Source: Fastidiosibacter lacustris (GTDB lineage: Bacteria; Pseudomonadota; Gammaproteobacteria; Francisellales; Francisellaceae). From it: 32,000 nucleotides of DNA. Location of the stretch: assembly GCF_003428155.1 (NCBI RefSeq), contig NZ_QLIR01000002.1, positions 1-32,000 of the forward strand. Direction: 5' to 3'. The position numbers and the translations under genes were made by a program. Under the pieces are notes generated by a model. That model did no database searches. It was not told the DNA's origin and saw only the letters and a program-made list of their open reading frames with translations. Each line of letters opens with the position of its first letter. Positions within the stretch are counted from its first letter, which is position 1. Shown one piece after another: positions 15,121 through 27,381 of this stretch.

Positions 15121-16065
15121 GTGAACGTCAGTGAGTTAGTCAAGACACTTGTGAATGACGACACAAGTGAAGACCAGCAATATGAAATCATTAAACAGAT
15201 TGATAAAGAAGTTTATCAAGAACAAACCTTGTTCTCATTAGTACAAGCGTTTTTAGAGTATAGTATTGCGATTGAGAATCCTTTTTTAGATACACTTGAT
15301 ATTGTTGGTACCGGAGGGGATGGTTGCAGGACGTTAAATTATTCGACTTTAAGTGCATTTGTTGTGCATAAGCTTGGCGCTAAACTGGCTAAACATGGTA
15401 ATCGTTCAACTACTTCAAAATGTGGAAGTTTTGATTTATTACATAAATTAAATATAAAATTACCACAAACAGCGGATGAAGCATTTAGACTTTTACAACA
15501 AACAGGCATAGTATTTTTATTTGCTCCATTTTTTCACCCAATTTTTGCTAAGGTCTCTAACGTACGTAAACGTTTTGCAGAGCAAGGAAAGCGCACCTTT
15601 TTTAATGTGCTTGGACCATTATTAAATCCAATGCGTGTTAAACGCATTGTTGTTGGTGTTTATGACGAACGCTTGTTGAAACCGTATTTGTATGCTTTAA
15701 AGAATCAGGGTGTCACTCATGCTTATATTGTATATGGTGACGGGATGGATGAGTTCTCCGTTTGTGGGGTGAATAAAGTCATTCAAATCCATAATGATAC
15801 TATTACAGAGTTTAGCCTTCATCCAGAGCAAGTGGGCTTTATGCGTAGTAAGCTGGAATATCTAGAGGTAGGAAATTTGTATCAAAACTTGGAAGAGTCC
15901 AAAGCACTATTTAATAATGAAATTTTAGGTGTGAAGCAAGATACTTTAGTTATAAATGCAGCTGCAGCTAGGCATGTGGCTTGTGGCTTTGAAGGCATGC
16001 TTATTGATCATGTGAAAGTGATCAAAGATGCTTTGCAAAAAGGGGTTTTTGCAAAGCTAATTTAG
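15121..16065 (+). CDS. trpD: Anthranilate phosphoribosyltransferase family protein (TrpD-type motifs)
   Basis: A GTG start follows GAAGGGA. The product has DIVGTGGDG, KHGNRS, NVLGPLLNP and GDGMDE, the PRPP and metal motifs of TrpD rather than YbiB/TrpD2. No other trp genes are in the window. Confidence 0.7.
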   Translation: MNVSELVKTLVNDDTSEDQQYEIIKQIDKEVYQEQTLFSLVQAFLEYSIAIENPFLDTLDIVGTGGDGCRTLNYSTLSAFVVHKLGAKLAKHGNRSTTSKCGSFDLLHKLNIKLPQTADEAFRLLQQTGIVFLFAPFFHPIFAKVSNVRKRFAEQGKRTFFNVLGPLLNPMRVKRIVVGVYDERLLKPYLYALKNQGVTHAYIVYGDGMDEFSVCGVNKVIQIHNDTITEFSLHPEQVGFMRSKLEYLEVGNLYQNLEESKALFNNEILGVKQDTLVINAAAARHVACGFEGMLIDHVKVIKDALQKGVFAKLI

Positions 16066-16079
16066 AGGGTGCTATTTAT

Positions 16080-17492
16080 CTATAAACTATAATACATTTG
16101 AAATTCAACTGGATGTGGTGTCATATTGAGTTTTTGCACTTCTTCCATTTTAAGATCGATGTAAGCATCAATCATGTCATTTGAAAAGACGCCACCTGCA
16201 GTTAAAAATTCGCGATCATGATCTAAAGCGTGAAGCGCTTCCTCAAGAGAGTTTGCTACAGTAGGGATATCAACAAGTTCTTCTGGTGGTAGATCATAAA
16301 GATTTTTATCCATAGCATCACCTGGATGAATTTTATTCTTAATACCATCTATGCCAGCCATAACCATTGCAGAGAAAGCAAGATATGGGTTGGCGGTTGG
16401 ATCGCTAAAGCGCACTTCAATACGTCTGGCTTTTTCGCTGCTGACAAACGGAATTCTGATAGATGCTGAGCGATTTCGTGCTGAGTAGGCAAGTAATACA
16501 GGTGCTTCAAACCCAGGAACTAGGCGCTTATAGCTATTAGTAGCAGGGTTGCAAAACGCATTAAGTGCTTTGGCATGTTTAATAATGCCACCGATGTAAT
16601 AAAGTGCCTCTTCTGATAGACCTGCATAACAGTTACCAGCAAAAAGGTTTTTGCCATTTTTAGATAAAGATTGGTGGACGTGCATGCCAGAGCCGTTATC
16701 ACCTGGAATAGGTTTTGGCATGAACGTTGCACTCTTACCATAAGCATTTGCAACGTTGTGAACAACGTATTTAAAGGTTTGAATCTGGTCAGCTTTGTCA
16801 GTTAGAGTTGAGAATTTTGTGCCGATTTCACACTGACCAGCTGTTGCGACTTCATGGTGATGTACCTCTACTTCTTGCCCTAGCTCTTCCAAAATAAGGC
16901 ACATTTCAGAGCGAATATCCTGTAATGAGTCAACTGGTGGTACGGGGAAATAGCCACCTTTGACACCTGGTGTGTGACCATTATTGTGACCATTCTTGGG
17001 CTGATTTGTATTCCAGGCTGCTTCGCTACTAATGATTTTGTATTCAGCACCTTCCATATCTGCTTTATAAGTGACATTATCAAAAATAAAAAATTCAGGC
17101 TCAGGTCCTAATAAAACGATGTCCGCAAGACCAGTTGATTTAAGATAGGTTTCACATTTTTTGGCAATTGAGCGGGGATCGCGATCATAAGCTTGCATGG
17201 TTGCGGGGTCTAGAATATCACATCGAATGATGAGAGTTGGCGCTTCAAAAAATGGATCCACTAACATTTTAGCCGCATCGGGCATTAAAATCATGTCTGA
17301 TTCATTAATCCCTTTCCAACCTTCAATAGATGAACCATCAAACATCTTGCCATCGTTGAAAAAATCTTCATCAATGGCGCGAACAGGTATCGTTACATGC
17401 TGTTCTTTCCCTTTAGTATCAGTAAAACGTAAATCAACAAATTCGATTTCATTTTCATCGACTATTGATTTAAAAGTTGCAAAGTCGGACAT
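16080..17492 (-). CDS. glnA: Glutamine synthetase type I
   Basis: The 470-aa product reads [20 protein letters not shown] and DGSSIEGW, and has [10 protein letters not shown]. The adenylylation-site context [10 protein letters not shown] is conserved. Confidence 0.96.
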   Translation of the reverse strand: MSDFATFKSIVDENEIEFVDLRFTDTKGKEQHVTIPVRAIDEDFFNDGKMFDGSSIEGWKGINESDMILMPDAAKMLVDPFFEAPTLIIRCDILDPATMQAYDRDPRSIAKKCETYLKSTGLADIVLLGPEPEFFIFDNVTYKADMEGAEYKIISSEAAWNTNQPKNGHNNGHTPGVKGGYFPVPPVDSLQDIRSEMCLILEELGQEVEVHHHEVATAGQCEIGTKFSTLTDKADQIQTFKYVVHNVANAYGKSATFMPKPIPGDNGSGMHVHQSLSKNGKNLFAGNCYAGLSEEALYYIGGIIKHAKALNAFCNPATNSYKRLVPGFEAPVLLAYSARNRSASIRIPFVSSEKARRIEVRFSDPTANPYLAFSAMVMAGIDGIKNKIHPGDAMDKNLYDLPPEELVDIPTVANSLEEALHALDHDREFLTAGGVFSNDMIDAYIDLKMEEVQKLNMTPHPVEFQMYYSL

Positions 17493-17637
17493 GCTTTTGA
17501 CTCCTTGAGAATTAGGGTTAGAGGTTATTCATCGAAAACGAATTCTATCAGATTTTTTATAAAATTTAGCAAGATTTTCAAGGAAAAGTTGCAATCTTTA
17601 CGGTATGCTAAAGCTCAAGGTAATACTAGATTTGGAA

Positions 17638-18126
17638 ATGATCGTGATAGATCAAGAGGGTTTCAGAGCAAATGTGGCGGTCATCATTGTTAATGATCAA
17701 AACAAGGTATTCTGGGGTCGCAGAGTAAATCAAAGTTCGTGGCAATTTCCGCAAGGCGGTTTAAATTCAGGGGAAACACCAATTGAAGGAATGTATCGTG
17801 AGTTAAAAGAAGAGGTGGGTTTAATGCCGTATGATGTCGAGGTGATTGCAGCAACACAGACATGGTTGCGCTATCGATTGCCAAGATTTTTAATAAGAAG
17901 AAACTGCCCTTTATGTATCGGGCAAAAACAAAAATGGTTTTTGCTTAGATTAAAGTCACCAGATAGTGCGGTTAATCTCAACGCAAACAATAAACCAGAA
18001 TTTGATGATTGGCGGTGGGTGAATTACTGGTATCCTGTGGATAAAGTTGTCGCTTTTAAGCGTAAAGTGTACCAAAAAGCATTGGAGCACTTTTCCCCTC
18101 TCGTTGAAAATCAATCTAGTGAGTAA
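17638..18126 (+). CDS. rppH: RNA pyrophosphohydrolase RppH (NudH)
   Basis: From the ATG at 17638 the product [67 protein letters not shown] aligns with E. coli RppH from residue 1. It has the Nudix box. Confidence 0.93.
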   Translation: MIVIDQEGFRANVAVIIVNDQNKVFWGRRVNQSSWQFPQGGLNSGETPIEGMYRELKEEVGLMPYDVEVIAATQTWLRYRLPRFLIRRNCPLCIGQKQKWFLLRLKSPDSAVNLNANNKPEFDDWRWVNYWYPVDKVVAFKRKVYQKALEHFSPLVENQSSE

Positions 18127-20393
18127 TGTATATGTTCTGGCAACCTTTGGTCAAAATCATAGAGCTTAAACATGAACTTGATGTTGTGTTGTCAATCTTT
18201 GTTAAAGAAGCATCTAAGCTTTTAGCAGTTGATGCGTGTAGTGTCTTTGTACTGGAAGACAGTGATCACGTCTATACGCTTTGTGCTTCAACACTTGTGC
18301 CAACGATAAGGTCAGGTATGATATATATCAATGTTAAGGATGACTTGATTGGTAGGGTCGCCTTGCGTGAAGAAGCACTTGTCGTGACAGATATGTCAAA
18401 AGAAAAAAGATATAGCGTTTTGCAAACTTTATCTCGTAATAAATACCATTCATTGTTGGCTGCACCAGTCATTTATAAGGGTGAAGTGATTGCTATTATT
18501 GTTTTTCAAATACGCGATAAAAATAAAATTACGGAATCGTTGCAAACAGATGTGGCAACGCTTTGTGCAAATTTATCATTGCCGCTCAATCGTGCCATTC
18601 ATGTTGAGGATGTATCTGATCAAATTGAAGAACAACCCCTAAGTCCACTCTTTTTTGATGGTATTAGTGCAAATGAAGGAGTGCAAAAAGGAGTCGCTTT
18701 TGCACGTTATAACATTACTGATATCGAAGAGATTCCGGATAAAGAAACACAATCGGAGGATGAAGAAGCTCTGTTTATTTCAGCTGTAAAAGAGGTAAAG
18801 GAGCATCTACAAGAAATGTTGCAAAGAATTACATTGTTAGCAGGAAATGACGAGGCTGTACTCTTTGAAGCTTATTTGCAAATGATCGATAGCAGTCGCT
18901 TTTATGACGGTATTCTAACTTATATTCGCCAAGGAGTCTGGCTGCAAAGTGCAATAAAAAAAGTCGTTTTAGAGCAAGCAACTCTTTTTGAGCAAATGGA
19001 TGAGCCTTATTTTGCTGAGCGAGCAAGTGACATACGTGACTTGGGTAAACGTATTTTGCTGGCACTAGAAGATAGAACACTAAAAAAAAGTCATTATCCC
19101 GTTGACACTGTGTTGATAGCGAGTGAGATTACAGCATCAATGATTGCTGAAGTGCCAAAAGGTAGATTAAAGGCAATCGTTGCCGAGCATGGTTCTTCCT
19201 ATTCTCATGCTGCTATTTTGGCAAAAGCATTATCTATTCCTTTTGTTACAGGGATTAAAGCCTTACCGATAAACTTTATCGATGGCAAAGATGTCATCGT
19301 AGATGCTTATGTTGGGCGTGTATATGTACAGCCAGCTCGAGGCTTAAAAGCTGCATATGAGCGATTAATTAAACATGAATCGCAAAAGGCAGTAGAGCTA
19401 CAAGCACTTAAGGACTTACCCAGTACAACACTTGATGGGTATGTGGTCGAGTTAAAGGCTAACGTTGGCTTGATTGCGGACTTAGATCGTGCACTTAGCC
19501 AAGGTGCGGCAACGATTGGACTATATCGCTCTGAAATTCCATTTATGATTAGAGAGCGCTTCCCAGGGGAAGATGAGCAGCGGATTATTTACCAGCAAAT
19601 CCTATCGACGTTCCCAGATAAACCTGTGGTGCTACGCTTATTAGATGTGGGAGCAGATAAAACCTTGCCATATTTTTATGAACAAGAGCAAAATCCAGCA
19701 TTGGGTTGGCGTGGTATCCGAATGATGTTGGATCAATCTAACTTATTTTTAATGCAAGTCAAAGCGATGCTTAAAGCAAGCAGCAAATATAATAACTTGC
19801 AGATATTACTACCAATGATTACGACTATTGAGGAAGTAAAAGAATCTAAAAAACTTATTCGTCAAGCTTACAAAGAAGTTATCGAAGAAGGTTTTGATAT
19901 TAAGTTGCCAGAGATTGGAATGATGATTGAAGTGCCTGCTACCATTATGGAAATTGAGCGCTTGTTGCCATTGGTTGATTTTGTTTCAGTTGGTTCTAAT
20001 GATTTAACTCAATATATTCTTGCAATTGATCGAACCAATGAAAAGGTATCTACGCTTTATGATCAGCTACATCCAGCGATGATAAAAGTGCTTTATTATC
20101 TCGTTAGAATGGCCAAAAAGCACAATAAACAAATTTCATTATGTGGTGAGTTAGGAGGTAATCCATTAGCAACGGCGCTCTTAATCGGGATGGGGTTTGA
20201 TAACTTAAGTATGAATGCAGCCGTGATATTAAAAGTGAAACATGTATTGCGAAACGTTGCCAAAAAACAATGTAAAAATGTACTCAAGCAAGTATTAAAA
20301 CTCGCTACTACGGAAGAGGTCCACACTTACTTAGAAAATTTTCTAGTTGAAAATGATTTAGGTGGATTAATCCGTGCCGGAATTAATCATTAA
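18126..20393 (+). CDS. ptsP: Phosphoenolpyruvate-protein phosphotransferase PtsP (EI-Ntr, GAF-domain N-terminus)
   Basis: The 755-aa product has an N-terminal GAF-like region. Its EI core has GSSYSHAAILAKALSIP (phospho-His), GLYRSEIPFM and SVGSNDLTQY. The start overlaps the rppH stop, as in the conserved rppH-ptsP operon. An alternative ATG lies at 18132. Confidence 0.92.
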   Translation: MYMFWQPLVKIIELKHELDVVLSIFVKEASKLLAVDACSVFVLEDSDHVYTLCASTLVPTIRSGMIYINVKDDLIGRVALREEALVVTDMSKEKRYSVLQTLSRNKYHSLLAAPVIYKGEVIAIIVFQIRDKNKITESLQTDVATLCANLSLPLNRAIHVEDVSDQIEEQPLSPLFFDGISANEGVQKGVAFARYNITDIEEIPDKETQSEDEEALFISAVKEVKEHLQEMLQRITLLAGNDEAVLFEAYLQMIDSSRFYDGILTYIRQGVWLQSAIKKVVLEQATLFEQMDEPYFAERASDIRDLGKRILLALEDRTLKKSHYPVDTVLIASEITASMIAEVPKGRLKAIVAEHGSSYSHAAILAKALSIPFVTGIKALPINFIDGKDVIVDAYVGRVYVQPARGLKAAYERLIKHESQKAVELQALKDLPSTTLDGYVVELKANVGLIADLDRALSQGAATIGLYRSEIPFMIRERFPGEDEQRIIYQQILSTFPDKPVVLRLLDVGADKTLPYFYEQEQNPALGWRGIRMMLDQSNLFLMQVKAMLKASSKYNNLQILLPMITTIEEVKESKKLIRQAYKEVIEEGFDIKLPEIGMMIEVPATIMEIERLLPLVDFVSVGSNDLTQYILAIDRTNEKVSTLYDQLHPAMIKVLYYLVRMAKKHNKQISLCGELGGNPLATALLIGMGFDNLSMNAAVILKVKHVLRNVAKKQCKNVLKQVLKLATTEEVHTYLENFLVENDLGGLIRAGINH

Positions 20394-20468
20394 TATCTTT
20401 TTAAAACAAATTCTTGTGTTATATCTGAATATCATTTAGCTTTGTTGAGCATATATCGTATTGGTTTC

Positions 20469-21518
20469 ATGAAGATGAAAAAACATATAGTTTTTGGTTT
20501 AATAACGTTGAGTTTAGCAATTAGTGTTATTTATTTTTTATTTTTAGGGTCAGGGAAGAAAACGGGAAGTTTTAATGTGGGACCAACGGTCATTGAAGTT
20601 GCAACAGTAACTAAGCAAAATATTCCTTTAACTGTTAAAGCAACAGGACAGCTGATTGCACCAAATACTGTCACACTAAAGGCACAAATTGCGGGGGTGG
20701 TTGAAAAAATCTACTTTACTAGTGGTCAATATGTTAAAGCTGGAGAGTTGTTGATGACACTAGATGATACCCAGCAAATGGCAGATGTAAATTCAACTTT
20801 AGCTGATTATACAAAAGCAGAAGCACAATACAACCGAACATCCACTTTATTTAAAGACAACAACGCTGTATCACAAAGCGAGCTGGATAGTGCTAAAGCT
20901 GATTATATGCAAACAAAGGCTAAATACGATGCAGCACTCTATCGACTATCAAATACTAAGATTGTCGCACCTTTTACGGGGTTTTTAACTTTGACTACTT
21001 TAGCTAAGGGAAGTTATGTTTCAGCAGGAGACACTTTGGTTACCTTAGTTGATAAGGAAAATCTTGAGTTGCAATATGCTTTACCAGAGTCCTATGCTAA
21101 AAGCATTGCATTGGGACAAGTAGTTGCTTTTAGAGTGGATGCTTTTCCAGGTCAAATATTCCATGCTAAGGCTGATTACATTTCACCGAATGTATCAGAT
21201 GACAATTTGACTTTTACCATGCGTGCAGCTTTTGATAATAGTAATAATGTACTAACCCCTGGTATGAGTGTATATGTATCACAAGTTTTAAAAGCTGATA
21301 ATTTAGTTTTGGCTGTACCAGAAAGTGCATTAAGTGCACAAAGTGGGGGATTTATTGTTTATGTGGTGGAGGATGGAAAAGCAAAGGCGTTACCTGTAGA
21401 AATAGGACAAATCAATAAAGGGTACGTTGGGGTTTTGTCAGGACTAAAGCAGGGGCAGCAGGTGATTGTTTCAGCAGAGGGAAGCATCTCTGATGGTATC
21501 GCAGTAAAGGTGGAATAA
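20469..21518 (+). CDS. RND efflux periplasmic adaptor (membrane fusion protein)
   Basis: MKMKKHIVFGLITLSLAISVIYF forms an N-terminal anchor. The product has HlyD/AcrA-like lipoyl and coiled-coil segments (GVVEKIYFTSGQYVKAGELLMTLD, IVAPFTGF). It lies directly upstream of an RND permease. The exact start (20442, 20469 or 20475) is uncertain. Confidence 0.85.
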   Translation: MKMKKHIVFGLITLSLAISVIYFLFLGSGKKTGSFNVGPTVIEVATVTKQNIPLTVKATGQLIAPNTVTLKAQIAGVVEKIYFTSGQYVKAGELLMTLDDTQQMADVNSTLADYTKAEAQYNRTSTLFKDNNAVSQSELDSAKADYMQTKAKYDAALYRLSNTKIVAPFTGFLTLTTLAKGSYVSAGDTLVTLVDKENLELQYALPESYAKSIALGQVVAFRVDAFPGQIFHAKADYISPNVSDDNLTFTMRAAFDNSNNVLTPGMSVYVSQVLKADNLVLAVPESALSAQSGGFIVYVVEDGKAKALPVEIGQINKGYVGVLSGLKQGQQVIVSAEGSISDGIAVKVE

Positions 21519-21522
21519 TAAG

Positions 21523-24500
21523 ATGAAACTACCTGAAATTTGTATCAAGCGCCCAGTTTTATCTTTTGTATTAAATGCAATTTTAGTGCTGTGTGGCTTA
21601 CTAAGTTTTGGTTATGTTAAGCTGCAGTTTGAGCCTACGATATTTAAACCTGCGCTTATGATTGTAACTAATTATTCAGGAGCCAGCGCTGATGTGGTAC
21701 AAAAAGATGTGACACAACAACTGGTTGCAGCAATCTCAGGGACTGAAAACCTAAGCTATATCGAGGCCATTTCTAGACAAGGGCAAAGCCAAATTAAACT
21801 TAACTTTGGTAATATTGATCAAGAGAAGTTTATTACTGCACAATCTGAAGTGATGCGCGATATTGCGGGGGTAAATTTACCACAAAATGTGAAAACACCA
21901 CAAATTAAGCAGCGTGGTAGTGGCAGTCAAGTAATGTTGATTGGCTTTCAAGATGCTGACCGCTCGACGGAAAGTTTAACTTCATATATTAATGACTCAA
22001 TAATTAAGCAGTTATCACAGATCCAGGGTGTGGGTGATGTCCAAGTTTATTCTGACAGTTCGGCATTGAGAATTGAGCTTGACCCTAAGGCTATGGCACT
22101 TCTTAAAGTATCTGCAATTGACGTTGTTAATAAGCTTGAACAATTAAATCGCAACATCTCAGCAGGACAGCTGATTACCGCCAACAATACTTATACGATT
22201 AATGTTGATAGTGCCTTTAATAGTATTGATAAATTTGAGAATTTAATTATTGCTAAACGTAATGGGAAACTTATTTATTTAAAGCAAATTGCAAAGGTTT
22301 ATCTGGGCAGTTTATCGTTGGCAAACGCTTCTATTAGCATTATTGATGGTAAACCTGGGGTGGTGGTGAATGTTTCTCAAACCAGCGATGCCAATCCAAT
22401 TGAAGTCGCAAATGCAGTAACGAAAGCTGTACAACAAATACAAGGTTCGTTACCACCTGGGATGAAAGCAGAAATATTATTCAATATTGCGACTTCACTT
22501 AAGGCTTCTCTGTATGAGGTGATTAAAACTATTGTTGAAGCCATTATTTTAGTGTCTTTTATTTCTTTGTTATTTTTAGGGCGTTTTCGTGCAGCTTTAG
22601 TTCCGATTGTGACGTTACCTGTATGCTTAATTGGTGTGTTTGTTATCATCTGGCCGCTTGGTTTTAGCATTAATATGATGACGTTGTTAGCGTTGGTATT
22701 GGCTGTTGGGCTTGTGGTTGATGATGCTATTGTAGTCTTAGAAAACTGCTATCGTTACATGCAAAAAGGATATGACGCTTTTAATGCAGCAATTTTAGGT
22801 AGTAAAGAAATTGGTTTTGCTATTATTGGTATGACAATTACATTAGTTGCAGTTTATATTCCGATTGCATTCATGAATGATAAATCAGCGGTTTTCTTTC
22901 GTGAATTTGCCTTTACGCTTGCAGCTAGTGTTTTAATTTCAGGTTTTGTGGCATTGACTTTGTCACCAACGATGTGTGCGTATACTTTAGGAAAAGCCAA
23001 GGAAAGTCGCTATGAACAAAAAGTAGCTCGTTTGTTTGCTTATACAGAAAAAATGTATAAAAAGTCACTAGAATTGATATTGCAAGTGCGATTATGGCTG
23101 ATAGTTATTTTTATTATCCTTATTATTGCAGGGGTTGGGTTGTTTCGATCAATACCAACGGCATTACAGCCACAGGACACGGTTGGTGTGGTGGGAGTCA
23201 ACATTACTGGGCAAAGTAATGCAAGTTCTGACTTTATCATGCAGAAGTTAGATGAAATTCAGGATAGGTTGTCAAACAAAGTATTTAAGCATTCGTTTGG
23301 CTTTGTTGACACTGAAAGTGGTCAAACTTCTGGGTTTTCTATGAACATTTTAAATCAAGACCAAGTAACAAATGCCTATAAAATTGCTAAAGAATTAAAC
23401 TCAATTATCAAAGAAACAAAAGGTGTTCAAGGCAGTAGTTGGGTGTTTCCATTATCAGGGAAAAGCCAATTTGGTGCAGGGGATATCCAAATGTATTTAC
23501 TGAGCATGGATGATTATCAAACACTATACAAAAAGGCAGAAAGCTTAGTGTCAGTGTTGAAAAAACTCCCAAGCATTTCTTACGTTAGTATCGCCAGTTC
23601 TGCAGACAGTGGTCAGTTTACTATGGATATCAATTACACAAATGCTATGCTTTTAGACGTTGATCCAGCAAATATTCAGACGATATTGAACATTATGTTT
23701 GGGGGTTGGCAGTTATCAAGAGATTATGAAACTGGAGGTGAGAGTTTTCCAATTTTTGTCCAGTTGGCTAAAAAAGACTTAAAAAGTTTTAGTGTATTAA
23801 ATCACTTGTATATTAAAACTGATACTGACGCATGGGTACAACTAGGACGTTTAGTGAATATTAAACCAGTCGTTAAAATCCCTTATTTAACAACCTATAA
23901 TCAACTTCACGCAATGGAGGTAGATGTCGATTTAGCACCCAATGCTTCAATGGGGCAAGTAATTGAGGAAATTAGATCTATAACTCAACAACTTCTACCT
24001 GGCACAAGCTTAGCTTTTAAAGGGGATGCTAAAGATATGTTAGAGGGTAATAACAGCATGATTATTATTTTCATAGCTGGGTTGTTGTTTGTTTATCTCG
24101 TGTTGGCAGCACTTTTTGAGAGTTTTATTGATCCATTTATTATTCTATTAACTGTACCATTGTGTGTGATTGGCGCACTTGTTGGTCTGAAATTAATAGG
24201 AGGAACACTCAATATTTATACCGATATTGGACTAATTACCTTGATTGGACTTGTGTCAAAACATGGGGTGTTAATCGTTCAGTTTTCTAATGAATTGCTA
24301 ACAAAGGGAGTAAGTTTACAAGAAGCAGTAATAAGAGGAGCAGCAACGCGTTTGCGGCCAATATTGATGACTTCGGCAACCATGATTTTGGGTGCTATTC
24401 CACTTTTACTTAGTACAGGTGTTGGTGAGTATGCGCGTCAGCAAATCGGAATGGTAATTGTAGCTGGTTTGTTGCTTGGTTCTATTTTTTCATTGTTTAT

Positions 24501-24567
24501 TGTGCCAGTTGCTTATCAACTATTAAAGTCTTTCAGGTATGGTAATAAGAAGTCGATAATAACTTAA
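21523..24567 (+). CDS. RND family efflux permease (AcrB/MdtC-like)
   Basis: The 1014-aa product has a 12-TM architecture with two large periplasmic loops. It carries typical RND motifs (ALVLAVGLVVDDAIVVLEN, GLITLIGLVSKHGVLIV). Confidence 0.93.
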   Translation: MKLPEICIKRPVLSFVLNAILVLCGLLSFGYVKLQFEPTIFKPALMIVTNYSGASADVVQKDVTQQLVAAISGTENLSYIEAISRQGQSQIKLNFGNIDQEKFITAQSEVMRDIAGVNLPQNVKTPQIKQRGSGSQVMLIGFQDADRSTESLTSYINDSIIKQLSQIQGVGDVQVYSDSSALRIELDPKAMALLKVSAIDVVNKLEQLNRNISAGQLITANNTYTINVDSAFNSIDKFENLIIAKRNGKLIYLKQIAKVYLGSLSLANASISIIDGKPGVVVNVSQTSDANPIEVANAVTKAVQQIQGSLPPGMKAEILFNIATSLKASLYEVIKTIVEAIILVSFISLLFLGRFRAALVPIVTLPVCLIGVFVIIWPLGFSINMMTLLALVLAVGLVVDDAIVVLENCYRYMQKGYDAFNAAILGSKEIGFAIIGMTITLVAVYIPIAFMNDKSAVFFREFAFTLAASVLISGFVALTLSPTMCAYTLGKAKESRYEQKVARLFAYTEKMYKKSLELILQVRLWLIVIFIILIIAGVGLFRSIPTALQPQDTVGVVGVNITGQSNASSDFIMQKLDEIQDRLSNKVFKHSFGFVDTESGQTSGFSMNILNQDQVTNAYKIAKELNSIIKETKGVQGSSWVFPLSGKSQFGAGDIQMYLLSMDDYQTLYKKAESLVSVLKKLPSISYVSIASSADSGQFTMDINYTNAMLLDVDPANIQTILNIMFGGWQLSRDYETGGESFPIFVQLAKKDLKSFSVLNHLYIKTDTDAWVQLGRLVNIKPVVKIPYLTTYNQLHAMEVDVDLAPNASMGQVIEEIRSITQQLLPGTSLAFKGDAKDMLEGNNSMIIIFIAGLLFVYLVLAALFESFIDPFIILLTVPLCVIGALVGLKLIGGTLNIYTDIGLITLIGLVSKHGVLIVQFSNELLTKGVSLQEAVIRGAATRLRPILMTSATMILGAIPLLLSTGVGEYARQQIGMVIVAGLLLGSIFSLFIVPVAYQLLKSFRYGNKKSIIT

Positions 24568-24682
24568 TTTTCGCAAGTAGTTGAATATTTCTAAAAAATA
24601 AGGCATGATTCACACGCTTATTTAATTTGAGTTAATTTATAGACTCGAAGCTTTTAAAAAAACAAAGAGAAAAAATCAAATA

Positions 24683-24901
24683 ATGGCAAAAGAAGATTGT
24701 ATTGAATTAGAAGGCACGGTTGTTGAAATGCTGCCAAACACAATGTTTCGTGTTGAGCTTGAGAACGGTCACATTGTTACAGCTCACATTTCGGGTAAGA
24801 TGCGCAAAAATTACATTCGTATTTTAACAGGTGACAAAGTTACCGTTGAAATGACACCTTATGATTTAACCAAAGGTCGTATTAAGTTTCGTAATAAATA
24901 A
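24683..24901 (+). CDS. infA: Translation initiation factor IF-1
   Basis: The 72-aa product [48 protein letters not shown] is nearly identical in pattern to E. coli InfA. Confidence 0.98.
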   Translation: MAKEDCIELEGTVVEMLPNTMFRVELENGHIVTAHISGKMRKNYIRILTGDKVTVEMTPYDLTKGRIKFRNK

Positions 24902-24911
24902 GTCTTTCTGT

Positions 24912-24929
24912 ATATTCTGCATATTCTGC
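24912..24929. repeat. Perfect tandem 9-mer (ATATTCTGC x2) within a TCTG-motif array between infA and rpe
   Basis: ATATTCTGC occurs at 24912-24920 and again at 24921-24929. Related TTATCTGA copies lie at 24933-24940 and 24960-24967. Confidence 0.8.
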
Positions 24930-25024
24930 AAATTATCTGAAAAATTAAGTAAAATTGTGTTATCTGAATAAATCTAATTTCTGTATGATGTCTTAAGGTT
25001 TTAAGAAAATAAAGACTCTATGTT

Positions 25025-25696
25025 ATGTCATATCAAATCAATCCATCGATATTATCTGCAAATTTGGCACACTTGGGCGATGATGTAAGAGCTGTGTTAA
25101 AAGCAGGAGCAAACAATATCCACTTTGATGTGATGGATAACCATTATGTGCCAAATTTAACTTTTGGAGCAATGATTTTGAAGGCATTGCGGGAGGATGG
25201 CATTAGTGTCGGTATGGATGTCCATTTAATGGTGGAGCCAGTTGATGATTTAATTGAAAGCTTTGCCCAAGCAGGCGCAACAAGTATTGTATTCCATCCA
25301 GAGGCCTCAAGACATGTTGATAGAAGTCTCAGTTTAATTCAATCTTTTGGCATTGAGGCTGGTTTAGCATTAAATCCGGCAACATCAATTACAATTTGTG
25401 ATTACCTTATTGATAAGCTTGATCGACTACTTATTATGACAGTCAACCCTGGGTTTGGTGGTCAAATCTTTATTCCTGCTATGTATCATAAGATCAAACA
25501 GGTTTCACAGTGGATTAAAACAAACAACGATAATATTTTACTTGAAGTGGATGGAGGTGTTAGGATCGATAATATTGCTGAAATTGCTGCTTGTGGAGCA
25601 GATGCCTTTGTTGCTGGGTCGGCAATTTTTGACACAAAAAACTACAAACAAGTTATTGATCAAATGCGTAAAATGCTCTTGGAAGTTAAAAAATAA
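25025..25696 (+). CDS. rpe: Ribulose-phosphate 3-epimerase
   Basis: The 223-aa product has [43 protein letters not shown] and VDGG motifs. Confidence 0.95.
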   Translation: MSYQINPSILSANLAHLGDDVRAVLKAGANNIHFDVMDNHYVPNLTFGAMILKALREDGISVGMDVHLMVEPVDDLIESFAQAGATSIVFHPEASRHVDRSLSLIQSFGIEAGLALNPATSITICDYLIDKLDRLLIMTVNPGFGGQIFIPAMYHKIKQVSQWIKTNNDNILLEVDGGVRIDNIAEIAACGADAFVAGSAIFDTKNYKQVIDQMRKMLLEVKK

Positions 25697-25729
25697 TAAT
25701 AAAATCATTTGCTATAAAGTGAAAAATGT

Positions 25730-27244
<1,515 letters not shown>

Positions 27245-27381
27245 TCTAGCTTTTCTTTAAGTTTATACCCATCATAAAAATGAAAATAAATACCAAAATT
27301 AAGATTTAAGCGATTGTCTCAACCGTGAAATTACTCTATTGTATGCTGGTATTTTTGAAGTCTAATATGCGGAGTAAGTCA

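Noticed and set aside
17493-17637. Search for a sigma54 (TGGCAC-N5-TTGCA) promoter or NtrC sites upstream of glnA
   Set aside because: No -24/-12 element with correct spacing exists on the minus strand. The TTGCA at about 17590 is on the wrong strand and lacks a GG at the right distance.
20469-24567. RND adaptor and permease pair without an adjacent outer-membrane factor
   Set aside because: This is a common arrangement, since a TolC-like channel is usually encoded elsewhere. It is not anomalous.
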